Shown: piece after piece, positions 22,801 to 31,450 of the stretch
How positions within the stretch are numbered: position 1 is the first letter of the stretch
Layout: every line of letters begins with the position of its first letter
Assembly (NCBI GenBank): GCA_040375445.1
Contig: JBEISK010000003.1
Coordinates: 2,216 to 66,215 of the forward strand
Direction of reading: 5' to 3'
DNA length: 64,000 nt
From: Gammaproteobacteria bacterium
GTDB taxonomy: Bacteria > Cyanobacteriota > Vampirovibrionia > Vampirovibrionales > JAJTHC01
The notes under the pieces: model-generated
The model's input: only the letters and a program-made list of their open reading frames with translations
The model's database searches: none
What the model was told of the DNA's origin: nothing
Position numbers and translations under genes: made by a program

Positions 22801-22873
22801 CGCCCCTCTAGTCAAAAAATCGTGTTTTCAGTAAACTAAAGCTCTCACCCCCAAAGCAAAGGACACCCCACAA

Positions 22874-24475
22874 ATGACCACCCCCACTCGCTACGCCTTT
22901 ATCTCCGTCTGGGACAAAACCCACATCGTCGAACTGGCGACCGCCTTGCAAGCCAAGTTCGGCTTCGGACTCATCGCCACGGGTGGATCTCGTAAAACAC
23001 TGGAAGACGCTGGGCTAAACGTCGTGGATCTCTCCACCGTCACAGGCTTTGACGAAATCCTAGAAGGGCGGGTGAAAAGCCTTCACCCTACCGTGTTTGC
23101 GGGCATCCTCGCCAAGCGTGACAAAGCCGATCACATGAAAGAGGTCACCTTTAAAATTGATGTCGTTGCGGTGAATTTGTATCCCTTTGAACTCGGTTTG
23201 GCTCAATCCCAAACGGCGGAAAGCCCGAACGCCATGGTGGAACTCATCGATATTGGCGGATCGTCCCTCATTCGAGCCGCGGCGAAAAACCATGCGGATG
23301 TCGCCGTACTGTCGAGCCCTGATCAATACGACGCCCTCATCGCCGATTTAACTGTGAACGGCGGGCAAACGTCGCTAGGCTTGCGTAAGCGCCTCGCACT
23401 TGCGGCGTTTCAGCGTTCTTCGACGTATGACAACGCCATTAGTGGCTGGTTGTCGAGCCAAATTCTCGCCGAAGCCTTGGGTGACAACGCCGAAGCCCTC
23501 GAGTTCCCCACGACGATGAACCTGACCCTGCACAACATTCAAAGCCTGCGTTATGGTGAAAATCCGCACCAAGCGGCGGCGTTATTTGCCATTCGTCCTG
23601 ATGAAGTGGATTTTCACGTTTTGCACGGCAAGCCCTTGTCGTACAACAATATCGTGGACATGGAAGCGGCGTGGAACTTGATTTGCGAATTTGATGATGA
23701 GCCAGCGGCGGCGATTATCAAGCATAATCAGCCCTGTGGCGTGGCGGTTGGGGCGACTTTAGCCAAAGCGTACCAGCGCGCCTTGGATTGCGATCCCTTG
23801 TCCGCCTTTGGAGGCGTGGTCGTGCTAAACCGTGCGGTGGACGAATCTACCGCAAAAGCCATGGTGGATATTTTCACCGAAGTCATTCTCGCGCCGAGCT
23901 TTAGCGAAGGGGCTTTGGCGATTTTGCAAGCCAAGAAAAACCTACGTTTGGTCACTCGCCCTTGGGTGACGCCTGAATCGGGGAGGCATCCTGCGGAAAC
24001 CCGTGATGGTCTGTATTTAAAGCAGGTGAGTCCGAATTTGGTTTTGATTCAAGAACAGCAGTTCGCCAAGGCGGAGGCTCTTATGGCAAAGGAACTCAAG
24101 GTGATTTCCAAGAAAAAACCCACCGAAGATCAGTTGAGGGATGCCGCCTTTGCGTGGAAAGTCGTCAAGCATTTGAAATCGAATGCCATTGTCGTAGCCA
24201 AAGATGGTCAGGCATGGGGGCTTTCAGGCGGTCAAACCAGCCGTGTCGGTGCGGTTGAGCAAGCCTTGGCACAAGCCTGTGAAAACGCCAACGGAGCCGT
24301 TTTAGCGTCCGACGGCTTCTTCCCAGCGGTGGACAACATCCAGCTTGCGGCTCAAAACCGTGTGGCGTGCATCATTCAGCCCGCGGGTAGCATCAAGGAT
24401 GCCGACGTGATTTCGGCGGTGAATCAGTATGATATCGCCATGTTAGCGACCAGCGTTCGTGAATTCCGCCATTAA
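22874..24475 (+). CDS. purH: bifunctional AICAR formyltransferase / IMP cyclohydrolase
   Basis: 533 aa with an MGS-like N-domain (ALISVWDKT...) and an AICARFT domain. Confidence 0.9.
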   Translation: MTTPTRYAFISVWDKTHIVELATALQAKFGFGLIATGGSRKTLEDAGLNVVDLSTVTGFDEILEGRVKSLHPTVFAGILAKRDKADHMKEVTFKIDVVAVNLYPFELGLAQSQTAESPNAMVELIDIGGSSLIRAAAKNHADVAVLSSPDQYDALIADLTVNGGQTSLGLRKRLALAAFQRSSTYDNAISGWLSSQILAEALGDNAEALEFPTTMNLTLHNIQSLRYGENPHQAAALFAIRPDEVDFHVLHGKPLSYNNIVDMEAAWNLICEFDDEPAAAIIKHNQPCGVAVGATLAKAYQRALDCDPLSAFGGVVVLNRAVDESTAKAMVDIFTEVILAPSFSEGALAILQAKKNLRLVTRPWVTPESGRHPAETRDGLYLKQVSPNLVLIQEQQFAKAEALMAKELKVISKKKPTEDQLRDAAFAWKVVKHLKSNAIVVAKDGQAWGLSGGQTSRVGAVEQALAQACENANGAVLASDGFFPAVDNIQLAAQNRVACIIQPAGSIKDADVISAVNQYDIAMLATSVREFRH

Positions 24476-24487
24476 AAGGAGCGAGCA

Positions 24488-25312
24488 ATGTCTTTAAACA
24501 CCCTAAAAATAGGCATTATCGGCTTGGGTAACATGTCGGGAGCCATTCTAAAAGGCTTGTTGAAGGCAGGCGTTTTGCCTGAAAACGTGGTGGGGATGGC
24601 TTCTTCCCCCCAACAAGCGACCTTGCGTCAAGCGGAATACGGCGTAACTTGCACCACACTTGAGCTTGGCAAAGATGCTCTTTCGCAGGTGGATCTGCTG
24701 ATTTTGGGCGTCAAACCCTTTGTGATGCCCGCCGTTTTAGCCGATTTAGAAGGCATCACGCTGAAGGCGAAGGCGGTGGTGGTGTCCATCGCAGCGGGTA
24801 CGACCTTGGCGACGATAGGTGAGTCCTTGCCAAATACGGCGATCGTGCGCGCGATGCCGAACACGCCAGCCCTTGTGGGACAAGGCTTTACGGCAATGGC
24901 TCCGAATGCTTATGTGGACGAAACTCAAAAAAAATTAGCCGAATCCGTGTTTGGAGCGGTCGGCAAGGCGGTTTGGCTCCAAGAAGGGCAGATCAACGCC
25001 TTTACAGGCTTGTTTGGCAGTGGACCTGCGTATATTTTTTACATCATGGAAGCCTTGGTAGAAGCGGGTTTGGCCGAAGGGTTGCCCACTTCTGTGGTGG
25101 AAGAAGGCGTGCTTCAACTGGTGAAAGGGGCTGCCTTGTTGCTGGAAAACCGCACCACCACAGCATCTCAGCTCAAAGCCGAAGTCGTCACCCCGAATGG
25201 CACCACAGCGAAAGGCTTAGAGGCCTTGGCATCGGCGAAGGTGGAGGTCGCTTTAAAAGATGCCGTCCATCAAGCGACACGTCGAGCCGAAGAATTGTCG
25301 AAAAACGTCTAA
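24488..25312 (+). CDS. proC: pyrroline-5-carboxylate reductase
   Basis: 274 aa with an N-terminal Rossmann motif (IGIIGLGNMSGAI) and a ProC C-domain. Confidence 0.85.
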   Translation: MSLNTLKIGIIGLGNMSGAILKGLLKAGVLPENVVGMASSPQQATLRQAEYGVTCTTLELGKDALSQVDLLILGVKPFVMPAVLADLEGITLKAKAVVVSIAAGTTLATIGESLPNTAIVRAMPNTPALVGQGFTAMAPNAYVDETQKKLAESVFGAVGKAVWLQEGQINAFTGLFGSGPAYIFYIMEALVEAGLAEGLPTSVVEEGVLQLVKGAALLLENRTTTASQLKAEVVTPNGTTAKGLEALASAKVEVALKDAVHQATRRAEELSKNV

Positions 25313-25320
25313 AAAGCGGT

Positions 25321-25515
25321 GACTTTTCGACCCACAAAAGTCGACTTTTTGACCCACGAAAGTCCGTTTTTGACCCATGAAAGTCTGATTTCTGGCCATG
25401 AAAGTCTGATTTCTGGCCATGAAAGTCGATTTTCTGTCCACGAAAGTCCGTTTTTTGTCCACGAAAGTCGATTTTCTGTCCACAAAAGTCGACTTTTTGA
25501 CCCACGAAAGTCGAG
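25321..25515. repeat. tandem array of nine units of a 21-bp dyad-symmetric repeat (consensus about CCACGAAAGTCGATTTTYTGW)
   Basis: Read directly: units ...CCACAAAAGTCGACTTTTTGA/CCCACGAAAGTCCGTTTTTGA/CCCATGAAAGTCTGATTTCTGG/... Each junction forms a GACTTTT-N8-AAAAGTC hairpin. The array fills the whole gap between convergent proC and the 25525-25965 gene. Confidence 0.9.
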
Positions 25516-25524
25516 CATTTTCAC

Positions 25525-25965
25525 CTAATGAGGGTCATGTTCTTCCCGAAACATCCAAAACTCTTTCCGAGCTTCCTTCCCCAAGTAGTGACTCAACGCA
25601 TGTTCCATGACATCACTAATCGACGCATGCAAGTCTCGGGCTTGTCCGTCCAACAATCGTTTGAACTCAGGCGTCACGGAAAGATGTAGACGCACCCGTT
25701 CCTTTTTGGGACGCCCCATAATCGGCGGAGGGGCTTCATAGGTTGCGGAGCGGTCAATCGGCTTGCCCGCTTCTTCCATCACCGCAAACCACGCTTCAAG
25801 CTTGTCCATAAAGTGCTTTTCCGATTCAGTGCGGGATCCGCCTGTGGTGGTGAAAAAATTAAAGCGTGTATGCGAGGTAATAAAGCAATCCCGTCGCATA
25901 TCATAACGTGTGCGTAAGTGTTGTCTCGGGTCATCTTGTTCATTATAATAGATTTTTTTCATCAA
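25525..25965 (-). CDS. hypothetical protein with C-terminal ribbon-helix-helix (CopG/Arc-like) DNA-binding domain
   Basis: The C-terminus GRPKKERVRLHLSVTPEFKRLLDGQARDLHASISDVMEHALSHYLG has the beta-alpha-alpha RHH pattern. The N-terminal 85 aa is unknown. Confidence 0.5.
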   Translation of the reverse strand: MMKKIYYNEQDDPRQHLRTRYDMRRDCFITSHTRFNFFTTTGGSRTESEKHFMDKLEAWFAVMEEAGKPIDRSATYEAPPPIMGRPKKERVRLHLSVTPEFKRLLDGQARDLHASISDVMEHALSHYLGKEARKEFWMFREEHDPH

Positions 25966-25994
25966 GGGGTCTCCTATTGGGTTGGGTTAAGAGG

Positions 25995-26145
25995 GGATTC
26001 CTTGTGTCCCCCCTCCTAATTTTAGGAGGGGGTTAGGGGGCGGTTAAACCCTAGACTTCGTTTGTGAGTTTAACCTCACCCTTGAACGTCTTTCAGACGT
26101 TCTTTCCCTCTCCTAAAATTAGGAGAGGGGACACAAGCTACTACC
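25995..26145. repeat. about 150-bp element bounded by about 30-bp inverted repeats (cttgtgtcccccctcctaattttaggaggggg ... ccctctcctaaaattaggagaggggacacaag)
   Basis: Near-perfect terminal inverted repeats are seen directly. Each terminus is itself a hairpin of the CCTCC...GGAGG family. Confidence 0.6.
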
Positions 26146-26329
26146 CTAAGCATGACAGAGGTTCAAGGTGTTTCCTAGTGCATAAAACCCACGATTTTTA
26201 AACCCCCTACTTTTGTAACATTTTTTACGAAAGGGCTTTCCTTTTAAGATTGAAGAGGTTTAATAGAATGATAAATGCTTGATCTCATTTCAAATACAAT
26301 CCTAATTAGCTAATAGAAAGAAACTACCC

Positions 26330-26656
26330 ATGTTGCAATCGATTGCTCTCTCTTCTCCATTGCCTACCACGAACCGTTTTACCCCAACAGCTACGCAAAG
26401 GCCAGTAGCTTCCCCTATCGCCCAAACCCAGCGCAGTGGAAGGAAAATAGATTTAGGAAAAATTCTAAGTTACTTTAACCCCGCTTCGCTATTGCTTAGA
26501 CTAGAACGTCAGTTGACATGTCTTAGACTCTCGTCATTAAACAGAAAGCTCGCCCAAATGGAACAGTCTGGGAATACTCAGGGGCTTAAGCGTCTAGCTC
26601 TTACTGCTGAAATAAGAGGGTTAGAAGAGTTTCTTGAAAACACGGACGTTTTCTAG
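26330..26656 (+). CDS. hypothetical small protein (108 aa)
   Basis: ORF with a coiled-coil-like C-terminus and no recognisable motif. Flanked by repeat elements. Confidence 0.3.
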   Translation: MLQSIALSSPLPTTNRFTPTATQRPVASPIAQTQRSGRKIDLGKILSYFNPASLLLRLERQLTCLRLSSLNRKLAQMEQSGNTQGLKRLALTAEIRGLEEFLENTDVF

Positions 26657-26657
26657 A

Positions 26658-26823
26658 AATGGTATCAATCCCAAGTTTTAACCCTCTTGAGTCTCGTGAC
26701 GTATTGAAATACCTTGAAATAAAATCTCTATTTAAAAGAGACGCAGATCCAAGAATAACAGGTCAAAGTGCGTCCCCATTGCTTCGTCGTCTTTATGCCG
26801 AAGTTCAAGCTCTTTTTGTATAA
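26658..26823 (+). CDS. hypothetical micro-ORF (55 aa)
   Basis: Begins 2 nt after the stop of the preceding ORF and is followed by the hairpin aagcctcttactaaaatgaggctt. Speculative. Confidence 0.2.
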
Positions 26824-26839
26824 AAAGCCTCTTACTAAA

Positions 26840-27320
26840 ATGAGGCTTCCCGTATCCCTCACCCCAACCCTCTCTCAGAGGGAGGGGGGACAAAACAAAA
26901 GCTTGCCGACGGCGCAAAAACGCGAGGCTTCCTAGCGGACGGCAGGAACGGAGCGAAAGCGAGAGGGGTGGGATAAACTCATTCACGAAGTGAATCTTCA
27001 CCTTTAGGAAGGAGAGGTTGGGAGAGGAAACCAACGGTTTTCTTTCCCAAGAGAAAAAGTTTACTTTTTCGACGGAAGGGGGGCGACCAAGACCCTCCCT
27101 CCCTTAAGCGCATTCAGAGGTGATGAGTAATCCCCCCATTTATAGACAAGCTAACATGTAGACCGCCATTATGGCGGTTTGTGCGTCCAAAGGTCTCTGA
27201 CAGCACCAGCTCAAAAAGGGAGCTAGAAACCCAAGCACCAGCGTTAAAAGGAACTAGAAATCCCAAAACATTAAAATTGTGCAAAAACGTTCTTTGAGGT
27301 AAGATAAGAGACAATCATCC
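26840..27320. mobile_element. MITE-like non-autonomous element, copy A (truncated on the left, with an internal insertion and duplicated right terminus)
   Basis: Shares long blocks with 50218-50525 (gcttgccgac..gcgaggcttcc..gcggacggcagga..gcgaaag.gagaggggtgggat; ggggggcgaccaagaccctccctcccttaagc; cccaagcaccagcg..aa..g.a.tagaaatccc). Confidence 0.5.
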
Positions 27321-27336
27321 ACAAGGAGCGTTAGAC

Positions 27337-28698
27337 GTGTCTTTTTCAAAAAGCAATGCCGTTAAAGTAGGACTCTTCACCTTGCTCAGCTTGGGCGTTT
27401 TATTTGGCACCGTGTATTGGCTCAAAAGCCGTGAGTTCCAACAAGGCCTCGCCTATAGCGTCTCCTTCCCCGATGTCGACGGCTTGCGTGAAGGTGCCCC
27501 CGTGCAACTCATGGGAACCCAAGTCGGCTATGTGGAAAAAATCATCCCGCAATTCGACAAAAACAAGTTTGATGTCGATGTGCAGTTTCGCCTCGCCAGT
27601 AAAGACAACCCGATTCCCAAGGCGTCGGTATTGTCGATTGAGCAATCGGGCTTGATTAGCGAAAAATTGCTAGAAATTACACCGCCTCACCTGCAGTGGA
27701 CGGATGTAGAAACGGCGTTTAATGCCCCTAAGCATCCCTTGCCGTGGAACTTAGAACTTCGCATGAAAGAAGGCTGGGTGGATATTGGCACGGTTGAAAA
27801 GGTGGAAACGCTACAGGCGCCTCCTGAAACGCCGTTGAACAAGAAGAAGTTTTACTTGGGCAAGCGTCTATATTTTAGAATTACTCGGCCTGGTATTTTA
27901 TTGCCTGAGGTGCCGTTTTACTTTATGAAGCCTTCTAAGCAGGGGCTTACCTTGCGGATTGATTCGTATGATGCGGAATGGTCGCCACAGTCGTTGCCTG
28001 CGAGTGGTACTTATTTTACGGTGGAAACGCCGTTACGACTCAAAAAGTTCTTGCAAGCGTCGATCGCATCCGCCGAAGCCTTGAAAGAAACCAACGATAA
28101 AATCAACGCGCTGTTGGATGCTGAAACCATTGTGCATATTCAACAGATTATTGAAAACGTGAAATTGCTCTCAGGTCAGACGACGGAACTCGTTTCAACC
28201 ACGCAAAGCTTGCTCAAAACCTTGAAGCAAGACATTCATAGTATGGTGCAATCCATTTCCACGTTGAGTAAATCGCTGAACCGCTTGATGAATAATATCA
28301 ATACGTTGGTGAACGATCCTATGTTGAAAGACGATTTCAAGGGACTCATCACCGATTTGCGTCAAACCGTTTTGCAGGCTCAAGCCTTGATTAGTTCTCC
28401 TGAACTGGGGCAGACACTCAAAAAGGCGAACTTGGCGTTAGATAATGTCAACAATGTGGCGAACTTAGCCAAAACCAAGCTCGAAGCGGAAACCCTCACC
28501 ACGAAAATGGAAGTCACCTTAAGCGAGCTGAATACGTTACTCGTAAAAGCGAATAAGGTGACGGATGACAAAACCAATCCGATTACGAAAGAAGTGCTTC
28601 AAAACGTCGTGAAAGACGCCACCGTGACCCTTCAAAATCTCAAGCAATTTAGCCAGAAATTGCAAGGGCATTTTGTGCTTTGGAAATTGGCGTTTTAA
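27337..28698 (+). CDS. MlaD/MCE-domain protein with long C-terminal coiled coil (GTG start)
   Basis: Has an N-terminal TM, an MCE domain (VKVGLFTLLSLGVLFGTVYWL...GAPVQLMGTQVGYVEKI) and a helical tail. SD ACAAGGAG lies upstream of the GTG. Confidence 0.7.
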   Translation: MSFSKSNAVKVGLFTLLSLGVLFGTVYWLKSREFQQGLAYSVSFPDVDGLREGAPVQLMGTQVGYVEKIIPQFDKNKFDVDVQFRLASKDNPIPKASVLSIEQSGLISEKLLEITPPHLQWTDVETAFNAPKHPLPWNLELRMKEGWVDIGTVEKVETLQAPPETPLNKKKFYLGKRLYFRITRPGILLPEVPFYFMKPSKQGLTLRIDSYDAEWSPQSLPASGTYFTVETPLRLKKFLQASIASAEALKETNDKINALLDAETIVHIQQIIENVKLLSGQTTELVSTTQSLLKTLKQDIHSMVQSISTLSKSLNRLMNNINTLVNDPMLKDDFKGLITDLRQTVLQAQALISSPELGQTLKKANLALDNVNNVANLAKTKLEAETLTTKMEVTLSELNTLLVKANKVTDDKTNPITKEVLQNVVKDATVTLQNLKQFSQKLQGHFVLWKLAF

Positions 28699-28700
28699 GT

Positions 28701-29657
28701 ATGGCGATTCATGTGTTTTACGGCAGCGATGAATACCGCAAGGAACGGGCGTTTAGAGCCTTGCGGAAGCAAGTCGTCAATAGTGAGCTAGGGGCGTTGA
28801 CGCATCACGTCTTGGACGATCCGAGTTTTTCGCAGTTGTTGGAAACCTTGAACACCAGCTTTTTTGCCTTAGGAGGCTTGCCTGTGGTAGAAGTGCATCA
28901 TTGGCAGGGGTTGTATGATCTCAAAGAAGACGACAAGGGGCGTGTGCCTGAACTCATTGAGGCGTTGGAAGCTCAAGCGGAGCAGAAGGACATCATTTTC
29001 TTAAGTACGAAGCTAGATGTTCGCATGAAATTAGGCAAGTGGATAAAATCTCATAAAGCAAGCGAGCTTCACGTGTTTGATACGCCCGCCTTTTGGGACG
29101 CTGAAAAAGCCGTACATTTTCTTATGGAAGAATGCCAGTACCTCGATATTCGCTTGAGTCGAGACGCCGCTTTTCTGTTGGTGGAGTTCATGGGCAATGA
29201 CTTGCGTCCTTTGGTGAATGAATGTGAAAAGCTCCATGCCTTTACGAATGCTCAAGTCATTGAAGCCCACCATGTGCGAAGCTTTAGTGTGCTAGATGCC
29301 CAAACCTTTAGCGTGGTGGATGCGTGGTTGCAAAAACGCTTGACGCATCGGAGCATGCACGATCTCAATGCGTTGTTGGTGAGCGATGCTCCGATTAAGT
29401 TTCTCGCCTTATTGTCGAGTCGGGTGAACTATTATTACCGCATCAAGCGTGGGTTGGCGGTGGGGCAGTCATTGGATGAGATTGCACAGATCGAGGGGAA
29501 GAAGACCTTTCCTGTGCAAAAAGATTTAGAAAAGGTGCGTGGCTTGACCTTGGCGAACCTTGAGGCGTTGAAGCGTCGTTTACTTGAAGTGGAGTTTCGC
29601 CTGAAAAGTGGGGACGACAACCCTGTCTTAGTCCTAGAGCAGTTGATGCTGACGTAA
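28701..29657 (+). CDS. holA: DNA polymerase III subunit delta (HolA-like)
   Basis: MAIHVFYGSDEYRKERAFRALRKQ is a typical HolA N-terminus. Length is about 318 aa. Start moved to the ATG at 28701 to remove the overlap with the upstream gene. Confidence 0.6.
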   Translation: MAIHVFYGSDEYRKERAFRALRKQVVNSELGALTHHVLDDPSFSQLLETLNTSFFALGGLPVVEVHHWQGLYDLKEDDKGRVPELIEALEAQAEQKDIIFLSTKLDVRMKLGKWIKSHKASELHVFDTPAFWDAEKAVHFLMEECQYLDIRLSRDAAFLLVEFMGNDLRPLVNECEKLHAFTNAQVIEAHHVRSFSVLDAQTFSVVDAWLQKRLTHRSMHDLNALLVSDAPIKFLALLSSRVNYYYRIKRGLAVGQSLDEIAQIEGKKTFPVQKDLEKVRGLTLANLEALKRRLLEVEFRLKSGDDNPVLVLEQLMLT

Positions 29658-29719
29658 ATCCAGTAAGCAAAAAGCCCTCCTTGCATAAAGAAAAGAGGGC
29701 TTTTTAGTTGAAAAATAAT

Positions 29720-30784
29720 CTAATTCAAGACTTCTAAGCGGACTTTCGCCACACCTGAAGACACGGCACCAATGGCTTGAGCCGCCGCTTTAGACAAGTC
29801 AATCACACGATGATGACTATAAGGCCCTCGATCGGTAATGCGAACCACACAGCTTTTGCCGTTGCGTTCGTTAATGACTTTGACTTTCGTACCGAAGGGC
29901 AAGGTTTTATGGGCAGCGGTCATGTGGTGCATGTTAAAACGAGACCCATCCGCCGATTTACGACCGTGAAACCCTGGTCCGTACCAAGATGCCACACCTT
30001 TGGCGATGAAGCGTCCTGATGCTTTTAAATCAAACATCGAAGGGGCGGGTACAGGCTTTTCACCCAGTGCGGTGCGGAGCTGTTTCATCCACAATTTAGC
30101 GAGGGTATCTAAGGGCATGTGAGCCGCAACAGCCGTGGATTCATCCACCACCGTAAGCAGATGTTTGCCAATCATGAGCTTATAATCACCTTCCGCTTGA
30201 CGTTCTAAGTGAACATCCTGATAACGAAGTGTCGATTTAGCATAGGCACTCAAACGGTCTGCCACTTGCTTAGACCGCAAGTAGGGCGTTAAAAAGCCTA
30301 ATCGTGAACGAAAGCGAAAGACTTCTTGTTCATTAATATAGAAGCCTGCTTCTTCTAGTTGTTTATTGTAAACCGTCCGCAAAGAATACGGTAGTTCTTT
30401 GGCAAACATCGTGTTCAATACGATTTTGTCAGGCACGGCTTGCAAGTGCCGTGTTACCGCAAGATTCAACTGTTCTTCACGTTCTTCTTTGGCACTGCGT
30501 TCTAAGGAAACCACTTGATTGGTTGTATTAACCGACGTTTCAGCGGACTTAGTTGACTTAATGGTGTCACCTGAGCTTCTGCCTTCAGCAAAGGCGACAT
30601 CTTCCATTAAGGGTAAGTTGGCGATCAATGCTTTTGCTTTTGTAGGCAAAAGGGTCAATTTTTCGTTGCTCGGCAACGAAGGGACTTGTTCTTGGGCGTC
30701 GCAGACAAGGACGTTCCATTGGGAGGCAATCAATAAAGCCAATACTAAACAAGCCAACGTGTTTTTATTCTTCCAGTCTCTCAT
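29720..30784 (-). CDS. rlpA: RlpA-family septal lytic transglycosylase-like protein (DPBB domain)
   Basis: Signal peptide. The C-terminal domain GVASWYGPGFHGRKSADGSRFNMHHMTAAHKTLPFGTKVKVINERNGKSCVVRITDRGPY is a DPBB/RlpA signature. Confidence 0.75.
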   Translation of the reverse strand: MRDWKNKNTLACLVLALLIASQWNVLVCDAQEQVPSLPSNEKLTLLPTKAKALIANLPLMEDVAFAEGRSSGDTIKSTKSAETSVNTTNQVVSLERSAKEEREEQLNLAVTRHLQAVPDKIVLNTMFAKELPYSLRTVYNKQLEEAGFYINEQEVFRFRSRLGFLTPYLRSKQVADRLSAYAKSTLRYQDVHLERQAEGDYKLMIGKHLLTVVDESTAVAAHMPLDTLAKLWMKQLRTALGEKPVPAPSMFDLKASGRFIAKGVASWYGPGFHGRKSADGSRFNMHHMTAAHKTLPFGTKVKVINERNGKSCVVRITDRGPYSHHRVIDLSKAAAQAIGAVSSGVAKVRLEVLN

Positions 30785-31450
30785 GAGGGTGGAATCTCCG
30801 TACTTGCTAAACTTAAACGCTCCGTGTATAGCATCGCCGCTACCGTTGAATGACCAAACAGCTCTTTACCGTGGATTCAATTGTGCCTTGTATTATTTCA
30901 CAAGGGGGTAACCGCAATGGGGAAATGCTCGGTCATCAGTCAAAACACAAGGGAACTTAAGAAAGCATCCGTGGTTTAGGTCGAAAGTGGGGGTTTCGCC
31001 ACCGTCTTTTCCGCATACAGTTCGCAGCCTAAGCCGCATCGAAAGGCGATAAATGTTTAGTCTAATAAGTGTTTAAAACACACCAAAGCATTTAAGGCGT
31101 TCCGCAATGCCATGTTAACACATTCTAACTGAAAGGCAAGTCTTTTTTTGAAAAGCTTCCACTAGATGGTGGGGTTGGTGTTGGGAACACACGATGGGAT
31201 GGGGGAAAAGCGTTTCGTCATCCTGAACGTATGTGAAGGATCTCCCGAGACGGTGATGGGGGGATGTTTCGTTGCACTCAACATGACGGCAGTCCTTTTT
31301 TACAATTTTCGTGGAACTTTCCTTCATGTAAGTGATTTTTACGCGATGTCTTGAGGGATTACTTGAAGCGTAGAGTATAGTTAAGGTAAAGAGAAAGACT
31401 AAGGATGTAAGACGTTTACATTTTTTGAGAAAGAGGAATAAAAGCTCCCT

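Noticed and set aside
22308-22811. ORFs 22308-22490 and 22599-22811 (Gly/Pro/Trp-rich)
   Set aside because: They are encoded by the GC-hairpin repeat cluster and have no plausible protein composition.
25321-25515. Possible CRISPR array
   Set aside because: The repeats are directly adjacent with no unique spacers. The unit length (21 bp) and the absence of cas genes or a leader argue against CRISPR.
25188-25610. Six overlapping ORFs (60-146 aa) in several frames on both strands across 25188-25610 with repetitive peptide sequences
   Set aside because: They are translation artefacts of the 21-bp tandem repeat array. The repetitive amino-acid patterns and the mutual overlap in all frames show they are not genes.
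26824-26850. Rho-independent terminator after the 55-aa micro-ORF (aagcctcttactaaaatgaggctt)
   Set aside because: The hairpin is real, but the U-tract is on the wrong side for a plus-strand terminator (A-rich before, CCC after). It may instead terminate minus-strand read-through. Not called.
30900-31330. Possible tmRNA, RNase P RNA or SRP RNA in the long rlpA-pilM intergenic region
   Set aside because: None of the tmRNA tRNA-like 3' end (GGTTCGAxTCC...CCACCA), the RNase P P4 helix (GGAAAGTCCGGGCTCC-like) or the SRP domain IV consensus could be found by eye on either strand. Left as an unexplained structured region.
31115-31354. Small ORFs 31115-31327 (minus strand) and 31166-31354 (plus strand)
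   Set aside because: They are mutually overlapping on opposite strands inside the G-rich non-coding region, with no SD and odd composition (His- and Gly-rich).
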